From contig NC_008698.1 of NCBI RefSeq assembly GCF_000015225.1, forward strand, positions 60,001 through 92,000: a stretch of DNA of 32,000 bases. Reading direction: 5' to 3'. The notes under the pieces were generated by a model. It was not told the DNA's origin, did not search any database, and worked only from the letters and a program-made list of their open reading frames with translations. Positions 14,694-23,285 of this stretch are shown piece after piece. Numbering within the stretch: the first letter of the stretch is position 1; each line of letters opens with the position of its first letter. Source of the DNA: Thermofilum pendens Hrk 5 (GTDB lineage Archaea > Thermoproteota > Thermoprotei > Thermofilales > Thermofilaceae). Both the position numbers and the translations under genes were made by a program.

Positions 14694-16538
14694 ATGGCGG
14701 CGAAGGGCTGGTGGGGAAGGGTACTGTGGGTTGACCTCTCCCGGAAGTCTACAAAGGTGCAGGAGCTGGACGGCGGAATACTGTTAAGTCACGTAGGGGG
14801 CAGGGGTCTCGCTGTGCGCCTACTGTGGGATTACACAAGCCCGGGGGTGGACCCCCTCTCCCCGGAGAACCTGCTGGTTTTCTCCGCGGGGCCGATAACA
14901 GCCCTACCTGGGCCAAGCACAGGTAAGCTCGTAGTCGCGTCGAAGAGCCCGTTAACGCACGGCTACGGCGACGGAAACTTGGGTACGAGAGCGGCCGTCA
15001 TGCTTAGATGGGCCGGATACGACGCCGTTGTGTTCAAGGGCAAGTCCCCGAAGCCCGTCTACGTTTACGTAGAGAACGAGAAGGTAGAGTTCCTCGACGC
15101 CGACGATCTATGGGGCCTTGACACCTTCTCGGCGGAAAAGAGGCTCCTGGAGCGCCACGGGAAAGACGCGGGCGTCCTGCTCATCGGGCCCTCCGGAGAG
15201 AGAATGGTCAAGATGGCTACCGTGGTCTCCCAGAGCGGTAGGAGCGGGGGTAGACCTGGTATAGGAGCTGTCATGGGTAGCAAGAACTTGAAGGCTGTCG
15301 TGTTTCGCGGCGACAAGATGCCCGAGGTCGCTGAGCAGTCGCTGTTAAGGAAGACCGCGGCGGAAGCTTACGCGTCCGCGAAGAGCAAGCCTCCCTACTC
15401 CTTCTGGATGAGGCAGGGGACGATGGCAACTATCCAGTGGTCTCAGGAAAACAGTGTTCTCCCCACGTTTAACTTTAGTGAAGGAGTATTCGACGAGAGT
15501 AGCGGGATTGACGGCTTCGCTATGGAGAGGCTGAAGGTTTCCCAGCGTGGATGCCCGAACTGTAACTCTATCTGCGGCAACGTTATCCTCGACGACGAAG
15601 GAGCGGAGTCGGAGCTGGACTACGAGAATGTAGCCATGCTGGGCTCGAACATAGGGCTGGGCGACCTGCGTAAAGTGGCGCGTCTAAATAGGCTAGCGGA
15701 TATGTGGGGCATCGATACGATCGGGCTTGGCTCAGCGCTAGGCTTCGCGATAGAGGCTTCTCAAAGGGGCTTGCTGAAGGACAGGATAGAGTGGGGAGAT
15801 TTCGACAAAATACTGGAGCTTTCCCGGGAAATATCCCTCGGAGAGGGCCCCGTAGGAAGCGTGCTATCAGAGGGCGTCGAGCATGCATCCAAGGTTCTGG
15901 GATGCGAGGAGTGCGCCGTACACGTCAAAGGGCTAAGCGTAAGCGCTTACGACTGCCACGCCGCCCCAGGAATGGCTCTATCGTACGGTGTGAGCAGTGT
16001 CGGCGCCCACCACAAGGACGCGTGGGTAATATCCTGGGAAGTTGCACATGGCAGGTTCGAGTACTCGAAGGCGAAGGCCAAGAGGGTGTACGAGCTACAG
16101 AGGATACGCGGAGGCTTCTTCGAAAACCTAGTGGCATGCCGCCTACCGTGGGTGGAGCTAGGGCTCGAGCTAGACTGGTACGTGAAGCTGTTCAACTACG
16201 CTACTGGGCTCTCCTGGACTCTCGACGACCACCTAAAGGTGGCGGACCGCACTATAACGCTTATAAGGAGCTACTGGGTGCGGGAGTACCTCGCGGAAGG
16301 CAGGCGTTGGGGTAGGCAACTGGACTACCCGCCCTTAAAGTGGTTTACGAAGCCGTATACCCGCGGACCGCTGAAAGGCGCTAGGCTTGATCCTCAGAAG
16401 TACGACGAGCTCCTCGGAAACTACTACGAGCTCGTAGGATGGGATCACCGTGGCGTTCCGCGCGCGTCGACGCTGGAGAGGCTCGGACTTTCCTACGTGA
16501 GGACAGAGCTACAGAGAATGACTGAGCTCACGAACTAA
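14694..16538 (+). CDS. aor: aldehyde:ferredoxin oxidoreductase family (tungstopterin, [4Fe-4S]) enzyme
   Basis: 614 aa. WGRVLWVDLS N-terminus, GGRGLA, DPLSPENLLVFSAGP, SKSPLTHGYGDGNLG, GIGAVMGSKNLKAVVF, and the Cys cluster region CPNCNSICG. The substrate subclass (AOR/FOR/WOR) cannot be decided by eye. Confidence 0.93.
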   Translation: MAAKGWWGRVLWVDLSRKSTKVQELDGGILLSHVGGRGLAVRLLWDYTSPGVDPLSPENLLVFSAGPITALPGPSTGKLVVASKSPLTHGYGDGNLGTRAAVMLRWAGYDAVVFKGKSPKPVYVYVENEKVEFLDADDLWGLDTFSAEKRLLERHGKDAGVLLIGPSGERMVKMATVVSQSGRSGGRPGIGAVMGSKNLKAVVFRGDKMPEVAEQSLLRKTAAEAYASAKSKPPYSFWMRQGTMATIQWSQENSVLPTFNFSEGVFDESSGIDGFAMERLKVSQRGCPNCNSICGNVILDDEGAESELDYENVAMLGSNIGLGDLRKVARLNRLADMWGIDTIGLGSALGFAIEASQRGLLKDRIEWGDFDKILELSREISLGEGPVGSVLSEGVEHASKVLGCEECAVHVKGLSVSAYDCHAAPGMALSYGVSSVGAHHKDAWVISWEVAHGRFEYSKAKAKRVYELQRIRGGFFENLVACRLPWVELGLELDWYVKLFNYATGLSWTLDDHLKVADRTITLIRSYWVREYLAEGRRWGRQLDYPPLKWFTKPYTRGPLKGARLDPQKYDELLGNYYELVGWDHRGVPRASTLERLGLSYVRTELQRMTELTN

Positions 16539-16540
16539 GC

Positions 16541-16771
16541 ATGTCTGTAAGGATAATTTTTTACGGCTTCCTCATAGACGTGGCGAAAGCCAGGGAGCTG
16601 ACAGTCGGGGTCGAGAAGCCGACAAGGCTCGAAGAAATCCTGGGAGAAGGCTTCCTCGCGAAGAGCGGAAAGGACCTTGTAGTGCTAGTCAACGACTTAC
16701 CGGCTACCCTCGATACTTACGTAAGGCCGGGAGACGTTGTGAAAATCCTCCCTCACATAGGCGGAGGGTAG
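16541..16771 (+). CDS. MoaD/ThiS-family ubiquitin-fold protein ending in Gly-Gly (76 aa)
   Basis: Starts 2 nt after the aor stop. Has a beta-grasp-like length and a C-terminal ...GDVVKILPHIGGG followed directly by the stop. Confidence 0.8.
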   Translation: MSVRIIFYGFLIDVAKARELTVGVEKPTRLEEILGEGFLAKSGKDLVVLVNDLPATLDTYVRPGDVVKILPHIGGG

Positions 16772-16802
16772 AGGCGGCCTAGCGAAAAATAGCAAAGTTT
16801 AC

Positions 16803-17237
16803 TTGTTTTTCCGGTACGAGACAGTCGTGGAGACTTGCGTGAATGCTTCCTTCCTAGGGTCCCTGCTGAAAGTCCTATACAACCGGTTAACGCTGACTAA
16901 GGGGCAGATCGCACTGGCGAGTAGGCTGCTGGCTAGCGAGGTCTTCGGGCCCGCCCCAGAAAGCAAGCTCACGGTAATCGACGCGGCAAGTAAAGCCCTA
17001 AGCTACCTAGGGTTGAGAGCAGAGGTGAGCATAGAGAAGGGAGTTCTCACTGTGAGCCTGCCTTGCCCTGCCACTGAGTGCGTCTTAAGGGAGATATGCC
17101 CCGTCCCCTACTTCGTAGCCGCATCGGTAGATCTACTTAGCGGAGTGAAGTGCTACCCGGTGCAGGGAGGCAACGGCACGGTGGTATCACTATCGGACGG
17201 TAAGTGCACCTTTAAGCTGAGGGTATATGAGGTATAG
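16803..17237 (+). CDS. hypothetical protein, possibly V4R (4-vinyl-reductase-like ligand-binding) domain
   Basis: The pattern ...LSYLGLRAEVSIEKGVLTVSLPCPATECVLREICPVPYFVAASVDLLSGVKC...SDGKCTFKLRV resembles the V4R arrangement of conserved Cys/Gly residues. The start is uncertain (TTG 16803 or the in-frame GTG near 16842). Confidence 0.45.
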   Translation: MFFRYETVVETCVNASFLGSLLKVLYNRLTLTKGQIALASRLLASEVFGPAPESKLTVIDAASKALSYLGLRAEVSIEKGVLTVSLPCPATECVLREICPVPYFVAASVDLLSGVKCYPVQGGNGTVVSLSDGKCTFKLRVYEV

Positions 17238-17649
17238 GCTTACACCTTCAATAGTTCGCGGGTGGCTCTACTGCAGAGTATGCGGTAGGTGCTGCGAGAA
17301 TACGGAGATGATACTACTCGAAGAGGATGTCGAGAGGATTTCGAGCTACACCGGCCTACGCGCCGAGGACTTCGCCGAGCGCCTTGGCGGCAGATTCAAA
17401 CTAAAGAACGTTAACGGGAAGTGCGTGTTCTTCGACGCGGAGAAGGGGTCTTGCACAATTTACCCCGTGCGCCCTATAGGTTGTAGCCTGTACCCCGTCG
17501 TGGTAGACGAGTACGAAGGGTTAACTGTAGACGAGTACTGCCCCCTCTCAAAGCTCGTGGGAAGCTACGAGAAAGAGAAGGCAGGCGCGGTTCTAAGGGC
17601 TCTTTACCCTAAACTGGGATTACAACCTCCACCTTATCGCCGTCCTTGA
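17227..17649 (+). CDS. YkgJ/UPF0153-family cysteine-cluster (CxxCxxCC) zinc/iron-chelating protein
   Basis: CRVCGRCCEN motif and downstream KCVFFD...GSCTIYPVRPIGCSLYP. Overlaps the preceding gene by 11 nt. Confidence 0.75.
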   Translation: MRYRLTPSIVRGWLYCRVCGRCCENTEMILLEEDVERISSYTGLRAEDFAERLGGRFKLKNVNGKCVFFDAEKGSCTIYPVRPIGCSLYPVVVDEYEGLTVDEYCPLSKLVGSYEKEKAGAVLRALYPKLGLQPPPYRRP

Positions 17650-18292
17650 GGCGCAGCTCGTCCCGCAACCTTACCGGGGCTATCAGCTCGAGAATCTCGT
17701 CTCCGTGCTTCGTTTTATCTATGTCCAGCGCGGCTCCGCTCACGGTTACTCCGTTCGCCATGATCATCGCCTTGTAAACGGTTACCCCGCAGGACTCTCT
17801 TCCTTCATCCAACCTGAAACCTTCAATCCTAAAGCCGACCCTCTTCTCCCTGAGAGCTCTCCTCAAGTACACGTCCTCGTCTACGAGCTTTATGTTGAGA
17901 GTGCCGGGGTAAGGCTCGTAGCCCAGTACCTCTTTAAACGCCTCGACGTACCTCGGTATGCCCATGTAGATCGCCCCTTCCCCCAAGCCTGGGACGACGT
18001 ACCCTCTAAGCGTGAGGAAGGTGGAGGAGTCGATAGTCCTTTTTAGGTCGTCGTACACCCTTCTAAGCAGGGCGCGCCCTCTCTCGGTAACCACGTAGAA
18101 AACCATCCTCCCGTGAACCCTTCTCTCAATGTAGCCCTCTTCTTCTGCTGCTTCGACGAGCTTCTTAAACCTCCACGGCGTTAGCCCCAGAGTCTTCAGG
18201 ATTTCTATCCTGCTCAGTCTTCGGGGAGCGACGAGACACCCCCTCTTCGCCATCTCGAGTAGTAGCGGGAATACCTCGTAGTCTTTCGACAT
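17609..18292 (-). CDS. rbkR: bifunctional winged-HTH regulator / CTP-dependent riboflavin kinase (RbkR type)
   Basis: The C-terminal ~125 aa align with the archaeal CTP-dependent riboflavin kinase (MJ0056 type): GYVVPGLGEGAIYMGIPRYVEAFKEVLGYEPYPGTLNIKL and ...HGDEILELIAPVRLRDELRLKDGDKVEVVI. The N-terminal ~95 aa form a winged helix (LSRIEILKTLGLTPWRFKKLVEAAEEEGYIERRV). Confidence 0.9.
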   Translation of the reverse strand: MSKDYEVFPLLLEMAKRGCLVAPRRLSRIEILKTLGLTPWRFKKLVEAAEEEGYIERRVHGRMVFYVVTERGRALLRRVYDDLKRTIDSSTFLTLRGYVVPGLGEGAIYMGIPRYVEAFKEVLGYEPYPGTLNIKLVDEDVYLRRALREKRVGFRIEGFRLDEGRESCGVTVYKAMIMANGVTVSGAALDIDKTKHGDEILELIAPVRLRDELRLKDGDKVEVVIPV

Positions 18293-18345
18293 AGCCCGAC
18301 ACAGAACACCACGCTGTCTTCGTTAATAATGTTTTAGTTCAAACG

Positions 18346-18747
18346 TTAAGGAGAGCCCGCCATGATGACTACATAGCCCCTCTTCTCGGAGTACACCTTT
18401 AATGCGAAGATTACGGCCATAACGGCGTAGGCGTAAAGCTCCACACGTGTCTCCGCGTAGTTAAACAGAGCGTTAATAAGGGCGGCGAGCCCTACAGTCG
18501 AAGGTGCAAGTGCAAAGAGGTACGCGCCTCTCCCCTGAAGGCTCGGAAGCACCCCCCGTATCACCTTTAGTAGGAGGGCACCCGTAAAGTACACCGCCGC
18601 CGCTACCGGTGGAAGTTTCAACGCTTCGCCTACTCCCAGCAACGCGGCGGTAAAGGCTACGATGTACGACGCTAGCAACACATAGATAGCCTTCTCCGCG
18701 AGACCGAGGGCAAGATCTAGGAGGTCTTCTAATTCAAGGCTCGCCAT
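18346..18747 (-). CDS. hypothetical integral membrane protein (133 aa, about 4 TM helices)
   Basis: ATG-initiated ORF with four long hydrophobic segments (AIYVLLASYIVAFTAALLGV, VAAAVYFTGALLLKVI, YLFALAPSTVGLAALINALF, LYAYAVMAVIFAL). Confidence 0.6.
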   Translation of the reverse strand: MASLELEDLLDLALGLAEKAIYVLLASYIVAFTAALLGVGEALKLPPVAAAVYFTGALLLKVIRGVLPSLQGRGAYLFALAPSTVGLAALINALFNYAETRVELYAYAVMAVIFALKVYSEKRGYVVIMAGSP

Positions 18748-18831
18748 ACCTACACTCCACTCTAACCGCCTGGCCTTTTAGACCTTAAAAAATATCTACC
18801 TTGATGTAGACGTGCTTATTACAGTGGTCGC

Positions 18832-19392
18832 ATGGCTGAATACCTCGTAAGGCTTTACCCGGTAAACATTGCCCCGGAGAGAGTCGAATGGCTTAAAGAG
18901 CAGTTGACGAGAATCTTCAACGCTGAAGTACTCGTCGACACGAAAACAGTGGGCTTTGGAACTGTGCTGAGATTCTTCGACGAAGAGCGGGATCAGGTAA
19001 ACGCAGAGTACCTCTTAGAGGAGCTGAAGAACAGGATAGGAGTTACACCGAGCCAGAGAGCGCTCGTAGTGATAGGCGCCGACGGCTATGTCGAGGGGTT
19101 AAACTTCGTTTTCGGTGTAGCAAACGATGGTTGGGGCGGAATAGTCTTCACGGAGCGGCTTAACCCCGAGTTTTACGGAGAACAGTTTTCCGAGGAGCTC
19201 TTCAGGGCCAGGCTCTTGAAAGAGGCTATCCACGAGCTCGGGCATAGCTTCGGGCTGGGACACTGTAGGCAGAATTGCGTGATGAGGTTTAGCAACTCGG
19301 TCTACGATGTCGACAGTAAACCTCCCTTCTTCTGCAAGAGATGTAGCGCGGCGATAAGCAGGTACTACCCGGGCCTCCTAAGGATTATCTAG
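18832..19392 (+). CDS. amzA: archaemetzincin (zinc metalloprotease AmzA family)
   Basis: HELGHSFGLGHCRQNCVMRFSNSVYDVDSKPPFFCKRC. This is HExxHxxG plus the four-Cys second zinc site. By my count two spacers are one residue shorter than the published consensus as I recall it. Confidence 0.88.
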   Translation: MAEYLVRLYPVNIAPERVEWLKEQLTRIFNAEVLVDTKTVGFGTVLRFFDEERDQVNAEYLLEELKNRIGVTPSQRALVVIGADGYVEGLNFVFGVANDGWGGIVFTERLNPEFYGEQFSEELFRARLLKEAIHELGHSFGLGHCRQNCVMRFSNSVYDVDSKPPFFCKRCSAAISRYYPGLLRII

Positions 19393-19397
19393 CCCTA

Positions 19398-20129
19398 CTA
19401 GATGCCGAAAAGCCTCCTGAGTATAGGCGTCGACTTTATGAAGTCGATAGGCAGCATCTCCCATATTACGCCGGGAGGCTTCCGATGCTTCCTCTCGACG
19501 GTGATCAGCCTGTACGGAGAAGCTATGTAGTCAATAGGCACGTCGTGCATGAGCATGGGTATAGGCTCTTCGAGTATCTGTAAGTCGTGAACCAGCGTGG
19601 CTACGGGGGTAGACTCAGCGACCGCGTACATTTCGCGTAGAAGTGCGTACTCGAGGTCGTGCATCCCGTCCCCCCTCCCGAGACGCGCGCCGTCCGTGTT
19701 CACGGCCACGCTACCAAGGACGACTAAGTCTATTTTGAGGCCTTCGAGTAGTGTAATTCTGTCTCCCTTGGTGACCGCTCCTTTTACTGACGAAGCGAGC
19801 CTTACATCTCCGGGCTCCAGCTCGTCTGGACGGACTATAACATAGCCTTTTAGGCCCGGAATGGAAACAACGAGCGTCTTGCCGCGCCTCAACGTTTCCT
19901 CGCGTAGAAGCCTTGTTGACGTATCAGGTGTTGAATACACTACGCGCGCGTTCCTGTATACGTCTGTCTTTATTAGGCGCTGCGTCGCACTATGAATACC
20001 CACGAAGCTCGGTATCTTGCCGTAACAAGGTCTCGGCGATATAGCCACTTCCATGCGTTCAAGCTTGCTCCAGACGCTTCTCCTAAGCTCAGCCTTCCTT
20101 TGTTGAACGCTATCCTCTACTCTGGACAT
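19398..20129 (-). CDS. 5-formyltetrahydrofolate cyclo-ligase family protein (COG0212-like)
   Basis: 243 aa. N-terminal KAELRRSVWSKLE. Central DLVVLGSVAVNTDGARLGRGDGMHDLEYALL resembles the family G-x-G-x-G-(F/Y)-(F/Y)-D loop. Followed by VATLVHDLQI...HDVPIDYIASP. Confidence 0.7.
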   Translation of the reverse strand: MSRVEDSVQQRKAELRRSVWSKLERMEVAISPRPCYGKIPSFVGIHSATQRLIKTDVYRNARVVYSTPDTSTRLLREETLRRGKTLVVSIPGLKGYVIVRPDELEPGDVRLASSVKGAVTKGDRITLLEGLKIDLVVLGSVAVNTDGARLGRGDGMHDLEYALLREMYAVAESTPVATLVHDLQILEEPIPMLMHDVPIDYIASPYRLITVERKHRKPPGVIWEMLPIDFIKSTPILRRLFGI

Positions 20130-20301
20130 CTAGGCTCAAATTATCCAGGCGTTCGGGTAAAAATTAAAGTTGCGCCGCGTACTCGTCCCCGGCAGGCTAA
20201 GCTTTGCTTGGCGAGTAGTTCTCGTGGTGAAAATTTGTCCTACAAACATCTACGAGGAGTAATTAGAACAGGATATTAACTTCCGAGGCCTATACTACGT
20301 C

Positions 20302-20550
20302 GTGACGCAGAGACCCGAGCTTAGTAAGAGCTTTTACATTACGGAGCGAGGGGACTACACATCGGTCACGAAGATCGTGAGCGTAAAGCTTCCCGTGGGG
20401 CTCATCGACGCGCTCGACGAGCTCATACAGAAAGGGTACTTCCAGAACAGGAGCGACGCGATACGCGAAGCTATCCGAAAACTCCTCACGAACTACAGGG
20501 AGCTCGACAGCCGCAAAATAAGCAGTGGCTTAATGGTAGGGTTAAGGTAA
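20302..20550 (+). CDS. ribbon-helix-helix (CopG/Arc/MetJ family) DNA-binding protein
   Basis: KIVSVKLPVGLIDALDELIQKGYFQNRSDAIREAIRKLL is a canonical RHH beta-alpha-alpha motif. GTG start. About 25 residues of N-terminal extension. Confidence 0.75.
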   Translation: MTQRPELSKSFYITERGDYTSVTKIVSVKLPVGLIDALDELIQKGYFQNRSDAIREAIRKLLTNYRELDSRKISSGLMVGLR

Positions 20551-20566
20551 ATTTTTCGTATACTTT

Positions 20567-20893
20567 TTAAGAAACCTTCGCCCCTACTTTTACTTCTTTT
20601 TCTGGTACGAGTAGTACGGGCTTACCGTCTTCCACCGCTGCCAGCAACATTCCCTGCGATACAAAACCCATTATTGTTTTAGGTTGGAGGTTTGCAAGCA
20701 CGGCAACTTCCTTTCCTACAAGCTCCTCCGGCTTGTAGTAAGGTGCTAGCCCGGCAACTATTTGCCTCTGCTCGGTGCCCAGGTCGACTTTTAGCAACAG
20801 CAACTTGTCGCTACGCTTTATTGGTTCAGCAGAGAGTATCCTCCCGATGCGGATGTCTAGCCGCTGAAACTCGCTTATTGTTATCTGCGACAT
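20567..20893 (-). CDS. tRNA-binding domain protein (Trbp111/CsaA/MetRS-C-terminal OB-fold type)
   Basis: FQRLDIRIGRILSAEPIKRSDKLLLLKVDLGTEQRQIVAGLAPYYKPEELVGKEVAVLANLQPKTIMGFVSQGMLLAA. The ATG at 20893 (MSQITISEF) is preferred over the longer ORF start at 20914. Confidence 0.88.
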   Translation of the reverse strand: MSQITISEFQRLDIRIGRILSAEPIKRSDKLLLLKVDLGTEQRQIVAGLAPYYKPEELVGKEVAVLANLQPKTIMGFVSQGMLLAAVEDGKPVLLVPEKEVKVGAKVS

Positions 20894-21044
20894 ACAGTAT
20901 CTTTCGTAACCCATAGAATATTAACGTAACGCGCATGCGACTCCTGCGGCAAGGCTTATGGGAAGGCTCCTGGCGCAGGATTTCCTAGAACGCGTACTTA
21001 ATGTTTATTTCCAGGTTTAGTTTGTAGAGTGATGGGGGTACAGA

Positions 21045-21347
21045 ATGGTTGGAAAGCAAAGCTTTGACAGGAAAGTAATCTTTACGGAGGCGGACCTAAT
21101 ACTCTTATCCCTGTTGAACGGCGAGAAGAAGATCAGCGATTTGCGGCAAGCAGCGAGCCTATCCACGACGTCTATCTACAACAATATCAACAAGCTGTTG
21201 GAGTGGGGGTTAATAGAGGACGACAGGGTTGGAAGCCCTGGAAACAGGATTATAAGGCTAACGGAGAAGGGGCTAAGAGTTGCAAGGATACTGAAGATGC
21301 TTGAAGACGAGCTTACACCTAAGGTTGTCGAGCTAAAACCGGAATAA
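21045..21347 (+). CDS. winged helix-turn-helix transcriptional regulator (ArsR/MarR-like, 100 aa)
   Basis: ILLSLLNGEKKISDLRQAASLSTTSIYNNINKLLEWGLIEDDRV...IRLTEKG. Lies 12 nt upstream of the isochorismatase-like gene. Confidence 0.7.
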   Translation: MVGKQSFDRKVIFTEADLILLSLLNGEKKISDLRQAASLSTTSIYNNINKLLEWGLIEDDRVGSPGNRIIRLTEKGLRVARILKMLEDELTPKVVELKPE

Positions 21348-21359
21348 GGGGGTGGGCAT

Positions 21360-21926
21360 ATGCCCAAGTACGCGGTGCTAGTAATAGACATGCTAGAAGA
21401 ATTCGTGAGAGGGCGTCTACGCGCGGAGAACGCCGAGAAAATAGTGAAGCCTATAAAACGACTGATAGACTTTGCCCACGAGACAGGCATACCCGTTATA
21501 CACGCAGTGGATCAGCACTACCCGGACGTAGACTTCGAGTTCAGGCTTTGGGGTGCTCACGCGGTAAGAGGAGCTGCTGAGTCGAAAATCGTCGAGGAGC
21601 TTGCACCCTCCGAGAAAGACTTCGTGGTACCGAAACGTAGGTATGACGCCTTCATGTTTACAGACCTCGACATGCTCCTCCGAGAGCTCGGGGTCACGAC
21701 GCTCATAGTCACGGGTATCCATACACACATATGCGTGCAACAGACAGTACTGGGGGCCTTCTATCGCGGGTACTCCGTCATCGTACCGCTGGAGTGCGTC
21801 GCCGCCTTTAACGATACGTGGCACAAGATAGGGCTAGACTACATGAAGAACTACGCTAATGCCACGCTTATGAACCTAGACGAACTGCTAGAGAAGCTCT
21901 CACGCGAAGTGCACACGAAGCAATAA
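21360..21926 (+). CDS. isochorismatase-family cysteine hydrolase (nicotinamidase/pyrazinamidase-like)
   Basis: AVLVIDMLEEF (Asp), VVPKRRYDAF (Lys) and LIVTGIHTHICVQQT (nucleophile Cys) form the D-K-C triad pattern. Confidence 0.85.
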   Translation: MPKYAVLVIDMLEEFVRGRLRAENAEKIVKPIKRLIDFAHETGIPVIHAVDQHYPDVDFEFRLWGAHAVRGAAESKIVEELAPSEKDFVVPKRRYDAFMFTDLDMLLRELGVTTLIVTGIHTHICVQQTVLGAFYRGYSVIVPLECVAAFNDTWHKIGLDYMKNYANATLMNLDELLEKLSREVHTKQ

Positions 21927-21928
21927 GC

Positions 21929-22816
21929 CTAGGACTGCTCCTTAGCGCTACGCGGGTCTAGCAGGGAGCTCCAAACCCTTTCGTAGTCCCTCTTCAGCCT
22001 TTCACGCGAGACGTGCGCATACACCTGCGTGGTGTTCAAGTTCGAGTGCCCCAGCAGCTCCTGTATCTCTCGAATATCCAGGCCGGCCGCCAGGCTTAGG
22101 GTCGCGAAGGAGTGCCTCAGAGTGTGAGGCGTGACTTTCTTCTCGATCCCCGCCTTCTCCTTTAGGCGCTTCAACACGCGTTCAACGGTGGTGTAGTGGA
22201 TGTGCTCGGCTGTCTCCGAGGGAAAGAGCCACTCAGAGTTAAGGCCCTTCATATAGCTCCTCAAGAGGTCGGCTACGTAGTCCGGGAAGTATACTAGCCT
22301 CTCCTTGGACCCCTTCCCTCTAACGCGGAGCGTCCTCTTTTCGAGGTCTACGTCGCTGACTCTTAGCGATACGAGCTCGCTGACGCGGAGACCCGTCGTG
22401 AAGAGTAGCAGGACTATTAGCTTGTCTCTCAGGTTCTCCGCGGCGTTCACCATTCTGAAGACTTCCTCCGCCTCGAGGTACCTTGGAAGCCTCTTTTCGC
22501 GCTTGGGCAGCTCGAAGCCGGCAATGTTGCCTCCAAGCCCCAAGAACTCCAGAAAGCGCTTCACGGCGACCGCCGCGGTGTATATGCTGTCCTTTTTCCA
22601 GCCTTTTCTCCTTAGATGCGCGAGGAAGAAGTCCACGTCGTACACCGTTACCTGCGATACGTGCCTGTCCCCCAGGAAGCGAACGAATTCTTCGAGGATG
22701 CTTTTAAAGCTCTTGATCGTTTTCTCCGAGCGGTTCCTCGCTACTAGGTGAGAAATGTAGAGATCTATTAACTCGTCGTTACTCCTTTCAGCGAAGGGAG
22801 CTTTCACACTGGACAT
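21929..22816 (-). CDS. xerA: tyrosine recombinase XerA
   Basis: 295 aa. N-terminal core-binding domain (LIDLYISHLVARNRSEKTIKSFKSILEEFVRFL). Catalytic domain with GLRVSELVSL (Arg), HTLRHSFATLSL (H-x-x-R) and LLGHSNLNTTQVYAHV (His, Tyr). Confidence 0.9.
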   Translation of the reverse strand: MSSVKAPFAERSNDELIDLYISHLVARNRSEKTIKSFKSILEEFVRFLGDRHVSQVTVYDVDFFLAHLRRKGWKKDSIYTAAVAVKRFLEFLGLGGNIAGFELPKREKRLPRYLEAEEVFRMVNAAENLRDKLIVLLLFTTGLRVSELVSLRVSDVDLEKRTLRVRGKGSKERLVYFPDYVADLLRSYMKGLNSEWLFPSETAEHIHYTTVERVLKRLKEKAGIEKKVTPHTLRHSFATLSLAAGLDIREIQELLGHSNLNTTQVYAHVSRERLKRDYERVWSSLLDPRSAKEQS

Positions 22817-22817
22817 A

Positions 22818-23285
22818 CTATATTCCTAGCTCCTCTAGCCTTCTAGCGTGCTTCTCCAGGTGGGCTGCGACGTAGATCGGCGAGCCTGTCCTCACGGCTA
22901 TCGCTATCCCGTCGCTCGGACGGGAATCCACGTTTATCTCTTCCACCTTCCCGTTCACCGTTCTTTTAAGGTAAATGGTGGCCGTGTAGACGCTGTTGTT
23001 TAGAAGGGCGTCTATCGAGACTTTCTCGACCTCTACCCCGAGAGCGTCGAGAATAGACACTATGAGGTCGTGAGTCATAGGTCTCTCGTACTTTACCCCC
23101 ATGAGAGCGCTTTGAATCGCGAGCCCCTCGTTTTCCCCTATGATTATAGGTAAAGCCTTATCCTTCCACTCAGCCGTCTCCAAGAGCAACAGGTATGCTG
23201 TTTGCTCGCCCTCAGGCTGGGGAACCTTGATAGGGTAGAGGCCCGCTATGTCGGCCTTGTAGTACTTTACTTCCTCCTCGCTCAA
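22818..23285 (-). CDS. bifunctional nuclease family protein (DUF151/BFN)
   Basis: LPIIIGENEGLAIQSAL, ERPMTHDLIVSIL and VDSRPSDGIAIAVRTGSPIYV are hallmark blocks of DUF151. The stop lies 1 nt before the xerA start. Confidence 0.85.
   Translation of the reverse strand: MSEEEVKYYKADIAGLYPIKVPQPEGEQTAYLLLLETAEWKDKALPIIIGENEGLAIQSALMGVKYERPMTHDLIVSILDALGVEVEKVSIDALLNNSVYTATIYLKRTVNGKVEEINVDSRPSDGIAIAVRTGSPIYVAAHLEKHARRLEELGI

Noticed and set aside
15704-16315. 203-aa Arg/Gly-rich plus-strand ORF, plus several minus-strand ORFs (15065-15316, 15583-15888, 15925-16195)
   Set aside because: All lie inside the clearly recognisable aor gene in alternative frames. Their low-complexity R/G/P composition is typical of off-frame translation of GC-rich coding DNA.
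20302-20550. RHH protein as the antitoxin of a toxin-antitoxin pair
   Set aside because: No toxin-like ORF (VapC/RelE/etc.) is adjacent or overlapping. The next gene is a convergent tRNA-binding protein, so this is more likely a stand-alone CopG-type regulator.
20929-20939. 11-mer GCATGCGACTC repeated in two intergenic regions (20929-20939 and 24030-24040)
   Set aside because: A single shared 11-mer among about 2-3 kb of intergenic DNA is roughly what chance predicts. The flanks do not match, and its position relative to the neighbouring starts differs.
21929-22816. Tyrosine recombinase as the integrase of an integrated virus or plasmid
   Set aside because: It is a full-length XerA-like protein with flanking housekeeping genes. 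There is no tRNA gene, no split int arrangement, no flanking direct repeats that I could see, and no viral or plasmid genes nearby.
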